A stretch of DNA of 64,000 nucleotides from Candidatus Poribacteria bacterium (GCA_965205025.1 CBDBFU010000026.1:1-64000); one strand, 5' to 3'; shown: positions 1-12,194, counted from the first letter of the stretch. A program made the numbers and translations. Notes: generated by a model from the letters alone, not told the origin.

Positions 1-2317
1 AGTATGGTATATCTTTCTAACACCTATGCTGATGACTACAATCAATGGGAGTTACCTGAGGGTGCGAAGTATAGATTTGGTAAAGGAGAAATAAGAAATT
101 ATGTTGATAGAATACAATACCAGTTTTCTCCTGATAGCAGTCAACTCTTTGTAATCAGTACAATAGGGATTTGGAAATACGATGTACAGACAGGAAAAGA
201 ATTGGGATTAATTTCTAAATACTTGGATGAAACTGATGAATATATTAGGCTAAGTCCAGATGGTACGAATTTCGCTGACATTGGAAATTGGTACAACCAA
301 AACGAGATTGAATTGTGGAATTTACAAACGGATGAACTTATAACTACTCTTGACAATCAATCAGCAAGAGTGGAGGCAGTTTCCTACCACCCTAATGGGG
401 AGATTCTCTTATCAGGTGATTCAGAAGGGGTCATTAAACTATGGGATATTGAAACAAAAGATAGTTTCTTTACTCTAACTCTGACTCAGTCTGTTGATGG
501 TATTCGAATCAGTCCTGATGGGAAGAATATACTTTTTAGGAGTGATAAAACCTATACGTTGTATAATTTCAAGACAAGAGAAATCATTGCCACATTAGAG
601 GATACCGAAGGAATTAAACGTATTTTCTTTAGTCCAAATGGGGAACATATTATTGGATACACTTCTGATGAAGTACATATTTGGGATGCTGCATCAGGTA
701 TATTAAGAACCAGACTTGGAATTCCAAGTAGAATTAATAAAGTAATTGTATCTCCTGACGGCAATACAATCGCAACCGCAGGATATAACAATTATACAGT
801 TCAATTATGGAACATTTCAGAAGGAATAGCGAAGGATTCATTTGAAAGTGATCCAAAGTATGTAAAAATGATTAATATGACCGGTGGGAAAACCGAAGTT
901 AGTCGACTACGCAACAAAACGTGTGGAATCCCTTACATTTAGTCCAGATGGACGAACATTAGTAGTTTCAAGTGATGATGAAATCGTCTTCTGGGATATT
1001 AAAACTGGTCAAAAGTTAAACACCTTAATTGCAGAAGGATCATTCTATAACCTTCAATTTAGTCCAGATGGACGCACCCTTGTTGCCAGATGTTATGTTA
1101 GCAAGGGGGTGTCAGGAATCTATTTATGGGATATAGATACAACAGACTTACAGAATTCAAAACTCAGACATATTATTACCGGACATTACAGAGGTATTAC
1201 CTCGTTAGATTTTAGTCCAGATGGCTTGAATCTGGTGAGTGCACATAACTACTTAGTGCGAGTTTGGGATACTTCGAATGGTAGACTGAAAGTTACCGGT
1301 CATGGACATCCGTATCAGGTAAAATTTCGATCTGTGAGATATTCTCCAGATGGAAAGAAACTTGCAAGTTTAGTTCTTAGTATACAGAGTTCTGCAAGTA
1401 AAGCTGAAGTGTTGTTATGGGATGCGAGTACCGGTAAGTACCAAGTTACCTTAAAGGGGCATGGTAAAGCATTTGGTAATTCTCGTCCTTACCATCCAAA
1501 TAGCATAGCTTTTAGTTCTGATGGCAAGACACTTGTGAGTGGAAGTCTGGATGGAACGGTCCGTTTTTGGAATGCGAGAACAAATGCCCGAGATTCATTT
1601 TTTCACAGTTTGCATGGTAGTCTATTTGGCCATTCTAAGGCAACCTTGAAAGGAGAAAAGGAACATATCATAGTTGTTGCTATAAGTCCTGATGATAGTA
1701 TGATAGCAACTGCAAGTTCAGTTAATACTGTCCGATTGTGGGATACACAGAAACGTAAATTGAAATCAATTCTTGAAGAAAGTAAGGATGGTGTAACTGA
1801 TGTTAATTTTACGGGTTTTCGGAACAAACAGAATAGGAAAAGAACTGAGTTCACAATGACTGATTCAGATATAAATAGTCTTGCCTTTACATCTGATGGG
1901 AAGACACTTATAGTAGGAAATAGGAAAGAAATTACTCTATGGAATACTGGCACAAACAAGCGTATTAAATCCATTTCTGTCCAAAGGAGTAATAATGCAA
2001 AAGTATATAAAACTACTGTTCGCAATCACATATATGGAACAACACCAGAGAAACCGAAGAATATTAAAGTTGTAGACCAATCGGACGTTGGTTTCCGTTC
2101 CTCAAGAATCACCACTTTCGCACTCAGTCCAGACGATAGCAGTCTGGCAGTCGGACTGGGAAATGAAGTGATTTTATTAGATAATCTTTCATTTGAAGTT
2201 AAGAGTGTACTTGTTGGTCATCCTGTGCGGATTCTTGCCTACAGTCCTGATGGTAGGACGCTGGCGAGTGGGAGTTCGGACGGAACAATTATGGTTTGGG
2301 ATTTGGAACAAGAGTAA
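1..2317 (+). CDS. WD40-repeat protein, probably 5'-partial, split by a +1 frameshift at about 889-892 (ORFs 4..942 and 884..2317)
   Basis: Many FSPDG...LWD repeats in both ORFs. Removing one A from GGGAAAACCG joins them (…MTGG-KPKLVDYATKRVESLTFSPDG). The N-terminus looks like the end of a signal peptide followed by QWELPEGAK. Confidence 0.88.
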
Positions 2318-2432
2318 TACCATTTCTAAATAATGAACACCCATTATTAACTTAAAGAAACCCCCTAAATCCCCCTTATCAGGGGGACTTCTAAGAGTAT
2401 TCGTAATGTGAACTATTTAAATAGAATTGGTA
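2318..2432. mobile_element. MITE (TACCATTTCTA...TAGAATTGGTA) with TAA target duplication, inserted at the WD40 stop codon; carries a CCCCCT...AGGGGG hairpin
   Basis: Terminal inverted repeats, TAA at 2315-2317 and 2433-2435. The right ~31 bp is the near-exact reverse complement of the left end of the element at 21244. Confidence 0.75.
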
Positions 2433-2487
2433 TAAGATAGAATAAGCCACCCTGTAAAGAGTGGCATTCAATTCTAATGGGTATTTT

Positions 2488-3384
2488 CTAAGCAGAAAAT
2501 GGACGGAAACCCCGTACCATCAAACCGCGATCGGAATTGGCTTTCTTTGCTTCCTCTGCAGCCGCAGCCCGTTTCTCAGCTTCAGCCCGATTTTGTGCTG
2601 TTGTTCCACCGATGATAACGAAGTCATCTGTACGACGATAACGATTGATGAACACCGGTCGTGGTTTGTCAGACATATTCTGTTTGGAACCGTGTATTGT
2701 CTTTACATTAAAGAAGATCGAATCTCCTGCCTTGCCAATAACAGGAAGCGAACGTTCCCACGGCCATTCATCCTCTTCTAAACCGAGATGTGAGAATGTA
2801 TCGACATGTTTAAGTTGTCCGAGTTTATGTGATCCCGGTACAACATGGAGTGCACCGTTAACAAGATCGGTATCCACTACATAGTTCAAAATGCCGACTG
2901 GTCCTTGGTAACGATGTTCAAAATATGCGGAATCCTGATGTAGGTGCTTGGGATGTCCACCCACAGGCTCCTTATATAAGCACTGACCGTTGCCGAATAT
3001 CTCTACATTTGGACCCAAAATTGCTTCAACAATTCTAATCGAATTTTCATCAAAAGCAGATTGAAAGAATGCTCCACTTGTTTGATAATTCATTGCCAGC
3101 ACCATAATCTGTTTATCTCTATCATACCCATCGGGTGCTGGGATGAATAGTGTTCCATTTGGTGTACGCCATCCTTCAACAATCTTTTCTGCTTCGTCAA
3201 TCAGTGCTAAGGATTCAGAAGCCGCTGCTTCCATATCCTGATTAATTCTATCAATGTAGGGTTTCATTAAACCGCGTACAACAAGACACCCGTGTTCCTC
3301 AAAGATGTCTGCTGCTTTTTCTACGTCTAATGAATCCACAGAGAGTTCAATGTCTTCAACTTTAATGTTTAATTCTTGATTCAC
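2488..3384 (-). CDS. Phytanoyl-CoA dioxygenase (PhyH)-family 2OG-Fe(II) oxygenase
   Basis: LHQDSAY (HxD), NGALHVVPGSH, HGS…R motifs. GTG start at 3384 has a GGGAG RBS (ORF track starts at 3405). Confidence 0.88.
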   Translation of the reverse strand: MNQELNIKVEDIELSVDSLDVEKAADIFEEHGCLVVRGLMKPYIDRINQDMEAAASESLALIDEAEKIVEGWRTPNGTLFIPAPDGYDRDKQIMVLAMNYQTSGAFFQSAFDENSIRIVEAILGPNVEIFGNGQCLYKEPVGGHPKHLHQDSAYFEHRYQGPVGILNYVVDTDLVNGALHVVPGSHKLGQLKHVDTFSHLGLEEDEWPWERSLPVIGKAGDSIFFNVKTIHGSKQNMSDKPRPVFINRYRRTDDFVIIGGTTAQNRAEAEKRAAAAEEAKKANSDRGLMVRGFRPFSA

Positions 3385-3414
3385 AGGTTGTTCTCCCTGA
3401 AACATAATAGGGAT

Positions 3415-3756
3415 CTAACCCCACGGGGGGCGTCGTCCCGTTAAGTTTTCTAAATAATCTGCTGTCTGTTGGACTTCCGATTTTAGTTTGCTTTTTGCCT
3501 TTTGTTGACCAGATTCTTCAGTTGTATAGGCAACCCTATAAGTGCCTTTTTCCTTACGACGCAAGGAGAATTCACCTTGAACATTTCGATTTATATACCT
3601 TAACATGTCATGTATTACCCAGTATACATCAGTTGTCGAATATTGCAATTCAGATTTATCAGACTTATCCTTCACAGCATCAAGTGTTGTTTGCACAAGT
3701 TCGACAACCTCTGCTAAGGTGTACATCTTATTTTCGTCCAATTTAATTTGGTTCAT
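3415..3756 (-). CDS. Hypothetical protein (113 aa), translationally coupled to xdhC
   Basis: ATGA overlap with the xdhC stop at 3753-3756; no recognisable domain. Confidence 0.65.
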   Translation of the reverse strand: MNQIKLDENKMYTLAEVVELVQTTLDAVKDKSDKSELQYSTTDVYWVIHDMLRYINRNVQGEFSLRRKEKGTYRVAYTTEESGQQKAKSKLKSEVQQTADYLENLTGRRPPWG

Positions 3757-4868
3757 TCTGACTTCTCCAAAAATCTTATTGTAGGCATATTGGACGGTTT
3801 TTCATCGAATGTCTGTCCTTTCCCGTCCCCGTTTCGAATTTGGATTAATTGTGATGCTATACTAACAGCAATTTCAGGAACAGTTTTTGAATTGATATGT
3901 AAACCAATTGGCGCATATACCTTTTTTAGTTTTTCTATTGGAACACCTTCATCCTGTAGATCGTCGAAAATCAGTTTTATCTTTCTCCTACTTCCAATCA
4001 ATCCGATGTATCGGGCATCAGATTCAACGACACTATGGAGTGCAGATTCATCGTGTTGGTGGCCGCGCGTTACAATGACGACATAGGTAAGATGATTCTT
4101 TGGATATTTCCGTAATTCTTCAGCAATGTCCCCAATGATAATTTCATCAGCTTCAGGTAGACGTTCTTTTGATGCAAAATCTGCACGATCGTCAACAATC
4201 GTTACATCGAAATCCAACCATGTACCAAGACGGCATAGCGCTTGACCGACATGTCCCGCGCCAGCAATAAGTAAGGTGGGTCTTGGTTGGAGCGGTTCCA
4301 AAAACACAGACATTTTATCTTCTGTATGAATTAACTCTGCTTGGTTTTGTTCAAGGATATCAGATATCCTATTTTCAATATCTGATTCTAAAGAGGAATT
4401 TCCTAATGTTCCAATCCGTTCTCCATTGGTTGCATAAATCATTTTCATACCGACTTGAACACTCTCTTGTTCACTTTCAACAACTGTGGCACAAACCAGT
4501 GGAACTTTAGCATAGTTGAGATGCTGTATTTGTAAATACAAATCTGCTTCACTATTAGATTTAGGTATATCTATGAAGATCTTCATATTCCCACCACAAA
4601 TAAGACCGTCATCCCATCCGTAATCGCTGTCTAACTGAAATTCAAGCAATCTCGGTTCACCGTCCTGCATTAACCCAATTGCTTGTCGTCTTGCTTCCGC
4701 TTCAACACAACCGCCACCGAGTGTGCCGATATTCTTTAAATTTGGAAGAATTAGAAGTTTTGAGCCGGGTTTCTGCGGGGTTGATCCTTTTGTTTCAACC
4801 ACAGTACAGTATGCCCCGTATTGATCAGATTCAATTAATTGTGGGATTTTTTTATATATTTCTCTCAC
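3753..4868 (-). CDS. xdhC: XdhC/CoxI family molybdenum-cofactor accessory protein
   Basis: GSTPQKPG, GTLGGGCVE, ICGG, LLIAGAGHVG, VTRGHQHD, YIGLIGSRRK, APIGL…PEIAVSI motifs. Confidence 0.92.
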   Translation of the reverse strand: MREIYKKIPQLIESDQYGAYCTVVETKGSTPQKPGSKLLILPNLKNIGTLGGGCVEAEARRQAIGLMQDGEPRLLEFQLDSDYGWDDGLICGGNMKIFIDIPKSNSEADLYLQIQHLNYAKVPLVCATVVESEQESVQVGMKMIYATNGERIGTLGNSSLESDIENRISDILEQNQAELIHTEDKMSVFLEPLQPRPTLLIAGAGHVGQALCRLGTWLDFDVTIVDDRADFASKERLPEADEIIIGDIAEELRKYPKNHLTYVVIVTRGHQHDESALHSVVESDARYIGLIGSRRKIKLIFDDLQDEGVPIEKLKKVYAPIGLHINSKTVPEIAVSIASQLIQIRNGDGKGQTFDEKPSNMPTIRFLEKSE

Positions 4869-4958
4869 AAATGAAACTCCATTGTTAAGGAGGACTGAGA
4901 ATCATGTAAACTTATAGTTTCGGTAGAGTTAGACGCATGCCTGTAAGAGATATTGTGA

Positions 4959-5867
4959 TTAAAACCGTTGTTCTATAGCAGTTTGTGCGACAAGTTGTGT
5001 AAATTGCTCTCGTTGGGAGTCAGTGAGTTCTAATGGGACAATACCTTCTATTCCATCTCCACCAATTTTGGATGGTACATTAATGAATACAGATGTAGAA
5101 TCCGTTGATATTAGCGTACCAATACTCATCACACGTTTTTTATCTAAGGCAATTGCAGAGACGATTTGAAGGATATGACTTGTTAACGAATAAATATTAT
5201 CAGTATGACTGTCATTAGACTCCGAAATAGAATTTGATATTTCCTTAACTCTTCTCTCATCTAACAGTTGTGAAAGTGGTATACCGTTTACTCTGCAATA
5301 CTGGGGTAATGGATATGTGGTAGAATCATCTCCTATGGCTAATGCGGATACATCTTTTACAGATATTCTAAGTTTATTGGCAATTTCAGCTTTTAGTTGT
5401 GCGGTCGCTATACCATTTGAAATACCGATGACATTATTGGATCCGATAGAATGGTGTATCCAAGCGGAAATGTAGTTTGCACTATGCATGCCAACCAAAA
5501 TTTTTGAGTTTTCGATGTGTTCATGTATATTGGGGATTACATGTTGAACGACAGATAAATTCGATTTTTTTAATGTTTGGTTTGAACGATAACCTACTGG
5601 TGGTTCAGCAGGAAGGAGTAATACAATATCGGAATTGGATAATTTATCGGGTAAACTTGTAATTGATATATCCGTATCACTACTGCTAAGCGCACCTGCA
5701 AGTGTGAGGTCCTTTATATCTTCTGTTGTTTTGTAATTCCTATGAGCACGTTTTCCTTCAAATAGACTATCAGAATAAATGACGATCTTTTGAGCTATTT
5801 CAGTATGAGAAATTCCCCATGCGACCGTTTGTGCTATTTTTCTGGAACCGAGTAATGATATTTTCAT
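4959..5867 (-). CDS. Lactate/malate dehydrogenase-fold protein lacking catalytic residues (putative pseudoenzyme)
   Basis: MKISLLG start, SDIVLL, VNGIPLSQLL, AIALDKKRV, VPSKIGGDGIEGIVPLELT match LDH-like MDH, but the GxGxxG, NP, DxxR and HGD motifs are replaced. Confidence 0.75.
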   Translation of the reverse strand: MKISLLGSRKIAQTVAWGISHTEIAQKIVIYSDSLFEGKRAHRNYKTTEDIKDLTLAGALSSSDTDISITSLPDKLSNSDIVLLLPAEPPVGYRSNQTLKKSNLSVVQHVIPNIHEHIENSKILVGMHSANYISAWIHHSIGSNNVIGISNGIATAQLKAEIANKLRISVKDVSALAIGDDSTTYPLPQYCRVNGIPLSQLLDERRVKEISNSISESNDSHTDNIYSLTSHILQIVSAIALDKKRVMSIGTLISTDSTSVFINVPSKIGGDGIEGIVPLELTDSQREQFTQLVAQTAIEQRF

Positions 5868-5876
5868 CTATTTTCC

Positions 5877-8636
5877 CTATAGAAGTGATTCAACAATTTC
5901 TTGAAACCGTGTTTCAAGTTTCTCACGCTGTACATTCATCTCTGAATCAGCTTTGAGTTTTGTATCTAATAATTCATCGTATCGCTCAACATATTCCAGT
6001 AGATTCTCTACCTCTTTTTCATAACAAATTGCTGAGGTTAAGACCTTTTCCTTTACAACAACGGGAAGCTCTTGAGTTGTAATCTGTGTAAGCTCCCATC
6101 TCCAGACTTTTTCTGAGATATATGATATAAACCGTTCTAAGGTTTCACCCGCATAGCTGCAATTTTGGAGTTCCTTAACCTCTTGAATTAATCCTAAGAC
6201 TTGGTTGAAAAATGATTCTGGGAGGCTGTTTTTTAACTCCATTAGGATGCGTCCTGTTGTAGAAATCGGTAGTTCATTTTGTAGTAAGAAAACCCGAAGG
6301 TTAGGATAATCCTCTAAAGTCTTGATGTCAGTGAGCCATGTTTCACTGATTGCGGGGAGTTCATTCAAGTCGAAACTAAGTACTTGCTTCTTTCGTATCT
6401 GATTAAGTTCAGAAGTATTTCTATTGAGTCCGGCATTAGCGAGTATGCGGATGGATTCGGATTCTCCATACGGTTTCAAGAATGTAATCATCTCCTGAAC
6501 TTTCATCTGTTCTGCTTGAATATTTTCAGGAGTTAGATTACCGTTATTTTTCTCATTGTTCGAGTTTCGTTTTTTGCTTTTCCGAGTAGGAGTTGTAGAC
6601 CGATTAACTTTCTTGGAAAGTGTTTCAGCGTACCTTTCTAATTCCTCCCGTAGGAGAGACAGAGTCATGTCGCCGTGGATAGCAAGTTTTTCAGTAGAAT
6701 TAATATCTCGTAGATTATGTCCTGTTTTAGCAACAAGTGAGCGATTTAGATTGCGTTCCAGGGTCTTACGATCTTTTTCGTTTGCAACGACAAGTTGACT
6801 TCCCAATGTAAGATTCATTAATCTTTTTGTTTGATCTGGTACACTGAGATTGATTTCATAAGTAGGTTGTAGTTCTCCCAACAATCTTTCTCTGTATTTC
6901 CCATTTAGAATTAGTACCCACAATGTAGTGAAATAATTGTGAAGTGATTCAGCATCAGATGGTGTTTGTTCAATCCATTGCTTAATGATTGGAAAATAGA
7001 TTTCAATCTCTGTAAGAATCTCATTAAGTTCTGCCTCATCAACATCAAAACCTGGAAAAGTTTGTTGTTTCTGTCTTGCAGTTCTTGGACTTCGTCCATT
7101 GAGTGAAGATTTTGTTGCAAGGAGTATTTTTTGAATTGGTTCAATGATACCTTCAAATTCACAACTATGTTGTTCTGCATGGTTTGCAATTTCAATGAAA
7201 GATAACCATACCTTTCGAAGTCTTTCAATTTGCAATGGATGCATTGAGGAACTCAATCCAATCCCAGTCAATTTTTCCCGAATAGTTCCTGATGTCCATT
7301 CAGGCAGAGATAATTCGTCCTGTACTATATTGTCCTGAAGGACAGTAACATTGACTGGTTTAACAAACCCAGTTGCTATGAAGTTCTTTTCAAATAACAT
7401 ATCATGATAGAGTGCCAAAGCAAAATCGCAGACCTGATTTGTTATAGTATAACTGGATTGAATCATATGGTTCAGTGTATATTGTTGTGTTTCCTGTAAT
7501 TGCCAAGATTCAATGATTGGCTCAATACAATCTCTAAGTTTGTTCTTGATTGTCTCTATAGTGTTTTCATCAAATTCCTCAGCAATATAGTCTGCATAGA
7601 ATTCTGTAAACGTGGACATAGTACCTTTTAGTTCTTGAATAACGAGATCATCCCAGACTTTATTGTGTATACGTTGTCCATTATTTAACATCAGTGCTTT
7701 GAGTCTACTTTCCACACCTTGATGGAATTCAGTCATCAAATTGTATGCATGTTGATTCACTTTTACCGTATAATCTTCAATTTTCTTTGAAGACTCAGTA
7801 ATGGTATCTTCAATTTCATCTTGGGCTGCCGTGAATTGTAGTGATACAAGGCGAAGTTGTTTAGGTTCAAGGGGATTATATACTGCAGCAGTGGGCAAAA
7901 CTCTGGCTGATGGATTGGAATTAACTTCCTCCTCGTTGATAAAATTGTTTTGGAGAGTGAGACTGTTACCTAAGTCAAGCAGATCCGGATAATTCTTTAT
8001 GTGTGTCCGAACGATACTTAAGACAATATCGTAGTCACCCTTCTCAATTTCGTTGAGTACACTGTCTTCGTTAAGATGTAAACGGTTAATGTGAGTTTGT
8101 TCAGGAATAATTACCTTGCTTGAAGAATAATCGGTATCCTCTATGTTTGTAAGTACATAGGCACCCGTTTTAATAGTGTTGGGAACTACTAACCGTGATT
8201 GAAGTACTTCTTCAGTTAGATCAGAAAGTGTTAGAGATTTACCTAAATGTTGAACGGTGATGTCTGTAATTACACCATCAGCGAAGTCACTGATTTGTCG
8301 TGTGTTGCGTTCTAATTCTTGTACACTTTTGTGAACCCTGTCATAATCATCAAGAGCAGTATTCTGTATCTTTGTTTCGTCTATCCAAGATACCCATGCT
8401 CCTGGACGGTGTTTCATTTTTAGTGTAAGTTGTCCATCTTCAGAATCGAACCCGGGAAGAATCTGACTTTCCGAAGTTTCCTTGGGTGTCCAAACAATGA
8501 GATGTTTTTTATTTTTTCCCCCAAGTCCAATACCAAATGTATCTCCCCAACTCATCCGTCCTTCAACACTTGCTTTAAGTTTATCAGTTAATAATAATAG
8601 CGAGTCAGATTGAAAATTAAGCGATATATCTTGCAT
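5877..8636 (-). CDS. Large hypothetical protein (919 aa), largely helical/coiled-coil
   Basis: Long ORF with GGAGG upstream; no recognisable motif; ends 9 bp before the MDH-like gene. Confidence 0.8.
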   Translation of the reverse strand: MQDISLNFQSDSLLLLTDKLKASVEGRMSWGDTFGIGLGGKNKKHLIVWTPKETSESQILPGFDSEDGQLTLKMKHRPGAWVSWIDETKIQNTALDDYDRVHKSVQELERNTRQISDFADGVITDITVQHLGKSLTLSDLTEEVLQSRLVVPNTIKTGAYVLTNIEDTDYSSSKVIIPEQTHINRLHLNEDSVLNEIEKGDYDIVLSIVRTHIKNYPDLLDLGNSLTLQNNFINEEEVNSNPSARVLPTAAVYNPLEPKQLRLVSLQFTAAQDEIEDTITESSKKIEDYTVKVNQHAYNLMTEFHQGVESRLKALMLNNGQRIHNKVWDDLVIQELKGTMSTFTEFYADYIAEEFDENTIETIKNKLRDCIEPIIESWQLQETQQYTLNHMIQSSYTITNQVCDFALALYHDMLFEKNFIATGFVKPVNVTVLQDNIVQDELSLPEWTSGTIREKLTGIGLSSSMHPLQIERLRKVWLSFIEIANHAEQHSCEFEGIIEPIQKILLATKSSLNGRSPRTARQKQQTFPGFDVDEAELNEILTEIEIYFPIIKQWIEQTPSDAESLHNYFTTLWVLILNGKYRERLLGELQPTYEINLSVPDQTKRLMNLTLGSQLVVANEKDRKTLERNLNRSLVAKTGHNLRDINSTEKLAIHGDMTLSLLREELERYAETLSKKVNRSTTPTRKSKKRNSNNEKNNGNLTPENIQAEQMKVQEMITFLKPYGESESIRILANAGLNRNTSELNQIRKKQVLSFDLNELPAISETWLTDIKTLEDYPNLRVFLLQNELPISTTGRILMELKNSLPESFFNQVLGLIQEVKELQNCSYAGETLERFISYISEKVWRWELTQITTQELPVVVKEKVLTSAICYEKEVENLLEYVERYDELLDTKLKADSEMNVQREKLETRFQEIVESLL

Positions 8637-8825
8637 TGTGCAATTATTGCATGTCCTCCATATAGGTCTGAATCTATGAAGTATATTTTTACTACATAAA
8701 TATGAAGAATATTGAGATATGGTTTATTAGATAGATTATGAAAAATATAATATAGTATGTATATGAAAACAATTATGTAATATATAGTTATTTAAATATA
8801 TATGAATCCGATTGAATTGCATAAT

Positions 8826-9389
8826 CTATAAAAAATCTTGTTTAATCTCAAGTCCCCATACATCCCAACCTTCAACTTTCTTCCTTGCGAATAGTTCAAG
8901 TTTACTCTGGTCAGGAAACATCTCTTCTATCCGTTTTCGAACTTCATCTGGTTTTTCTGAATGTCGTGTTCGTTTTTCTTGTACAAGTTGTCTTATATTA
9001 CGCATTCCCCTGGGTTGTGGTATTATGCCTCGCTTGAAAACGAGGCATAATTCGCATTGACTCATAGTATAAAAGCCAGGATTAACTCTGCCTTTATCCC
9101 ATATAAATGCGACAGTCGCCCATCTGAATCCCCATGCCTTTCCTAAAGCGATTGCTTGGTCAAGATGTGGTGATGAACTCCACATAAAGAGTAAGCAATT
9201 CTTCGAGGAGATAGATGCAACATTCCATTCTGCCATATCTGTAACAGATATGGTAGGATAATGCTTAACTGCACCACCACTATCTTTACCACCAGAACCG
9301 GTATGTTGTAGTTGTCCTTTATAGTCCCAAGGAGGGTCGGCATAAAGTATTTGATACTGTTTATCTGGAAATGGAGGGTGTGATATCAT
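8826..9389 (-). CDS. MT-A70 family N6-adenine methyltransferase (orphan)
   Basis: YADPPW catalytic motif, LFMW, WGF…FIWDK, E.CL…RG, HSEKP, LELFAR, GWDVWG. Confidence 0.9.
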   Translation of the reverse strand: MISHPPFPDKQYQILYADPPWDYKGQLQHTGSGGKDSGGAVKHYPTISVTDMAEWNVASISSKNCLLFMWSSSPHLDQAIALGKAWGFRWATVAFIWDKGRVNPGFYTMSQCELCLVFKRGIIPQPRGMRNIRQLVQEKRTRHSEKPDEVRKRIEEMFPDQSKLELFARKKVEGWDVWGLEIKQDFL

Positions 9390-9479
9390 AGAAAACTAAC
9401 AAACAGATTCATCGAAATGATGTAACTGTCTGTAATACAACTTACCTTTTCGAAGGTTATTTCTATAGGTTAGCGTTTA

Positions 9480-10028
9480 TTACTTGGCATCTACGCTAAG
9501 TCCATCTTGAGGTATGTCATTATTTGCGACTAACATATCCCGCGAGAAAATGAAATCACTTCTGGAACTACCGAGTTTTTGATTTTCAGTTTGGCGTTCA
9601 CGGAAATATTGTGGTAATGTTAAACCTGTCATGCGTATGGCATCTTCAGGACAGGCTTCAACACAATATCCACAGAATATGCACCGTAACATATTGATCT
9701 CAAAGACCTCAGGATATTTTTCCCGTTGATATCCTTCTTTTGTAGTCCACCCATCAGGAGCAGGAGCTGCTTGTATAGTAATACAGTCAGCGGGACATGC
9801 AGTGGCACACAAAAAACATGCGACACACTTGATTTCGTCTTTCTCAGTTTTTGTTAGTTTGTGTATCCCGCGATACCGATCATTCCGTTCATCAACACTT
9901 CTCGGATCTTCGGGGTATTGAACTGTTAATTTCTTTTTAGGGATGTGCTTTAAGGTAGTAAACATACCCTTAAGGAGGGCAGGAATATAAAGCCTATCCC
10001 AAAATGACATCTCTTCATTAACCTTCAT
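9480..10028 (-). CDS. nuoI: NADH-quinone oxidoreductase subunit I (2x[4Fe-4S])
   Basis: TVQYPE, RYRGIH, CVACFLCATACP and INMLRCIFCGYCVEACPEDAI. Confidence 0.9.
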   Translation of the reverse strand: MKVNEEMSFWDRLYIPALLKGMFTTLKHIPKKKLTVQYPEDPRSVDERNDRYRGIHKLTKTEKDEIKCVACFLCATACPADCITIQAAPAPDGWTTKEGYQREKYPEVFEINMLRCIFCGYCVEACPEDAIRMTGLTLPQYFRERQTENQKLGSSRSDFIFSRDMLVANNDIPQDGLSVDAK

Positions 10029-10142
10029 AAGTGGAATCCTTTCTGATTAGAATGTAGATAATAGTCTTATCAATCAAATAATATTATTGAATATTTACTA
10101 CCCTCACTGATAAATCATCTACGTGTTATGTGTATAATAATT

Positions 10143-11644
<1,502 letters not shown>

Positions 11645-11731
11645 TGGAATCATCTCCTTTATAATAATGTTGGTATCGGTGGGTGTGAATTAACAAAACA
11701 ACTATTGCATTATGCCTTGATATTCCCATAA

Positions 11732-11761
11732 ATTATAGCATAATCCCTATATTTAAGTCAA
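11732..11761 (-). promoter_or_regulatory. Sigma70-type promoter for guaB
   Basis: TTGACT-18 bp-TATAAT with extended -10 TG on the minus strand. Confidence 0.65.
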
Positions 11762-11783
11762 AAATTAATTTCTATCAGGGGTG

Positions 11784-12182
11784 TGTAAAGTTTTTGTCCC
11801 TAAACGTTCCGTTCTTATTGTATTGGATACCAATATTTCTCCCAAGTATCATTCTTTAGTATACATCTGAACTGCAGTATGGTATTGATAGGTTCAAGTG
11901 TTAATATTTATTGTTTTGAGATGAATGCATTTTCACGGAAACCTTCACGGAGCATTTTTACGAAGCCTTATTCTATAAGGGTTTATAATTAAAGTAGACC
12001 AATTCTCCGTGAATCACATACGTTAATTACACTATAACTTAAGTGTGTATTAAGTACTTATATGTTTTTCATACGAAGTGTATTGGCACATAGCACTCCG
12101 CTGGAGTGCTAGACTGTTCCGATATTGTTTTCTATAGACATAGTACTCCGCTGGAGTACGGTATTTTTGATATAGAAAACTC
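11784..12182. repeat. Left copy of direct repeat flanking the RM island
   Basis: 11784-12060 is a diverged copy of 20949-21243. 12058-12182 is identical to 21510-21634 (125 bp, containing two CTCCGCTGGAG hairpins). Confidence 0.9.
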
Positions 12183-12194
12183 GAAAGAACTAAC

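Noticed and set aside
886-892. GGGAAAA as a programmed -1 slippery site in the WD40 gene
   Set aside because: The downstream ORF is in the +1 frame, not -1; a one-base indel is the simpler explanation.
11654-11731. Purine riboswitch in the guaB leader
   Set aside because: The leader between the predicted promoter and the start is short and lacks a recognisable purine-aptamer consensus.
12088-12160. Repeated palindromes (also 21370-21443, 21538-21611, 21768-21836) as possible mini-CRISPR arrays
   Set aside because: Only two units each, the intervening sequence is identical between the duplicated loci, and there are no cas genes; better explained as REP-like doublets or simple duplications.
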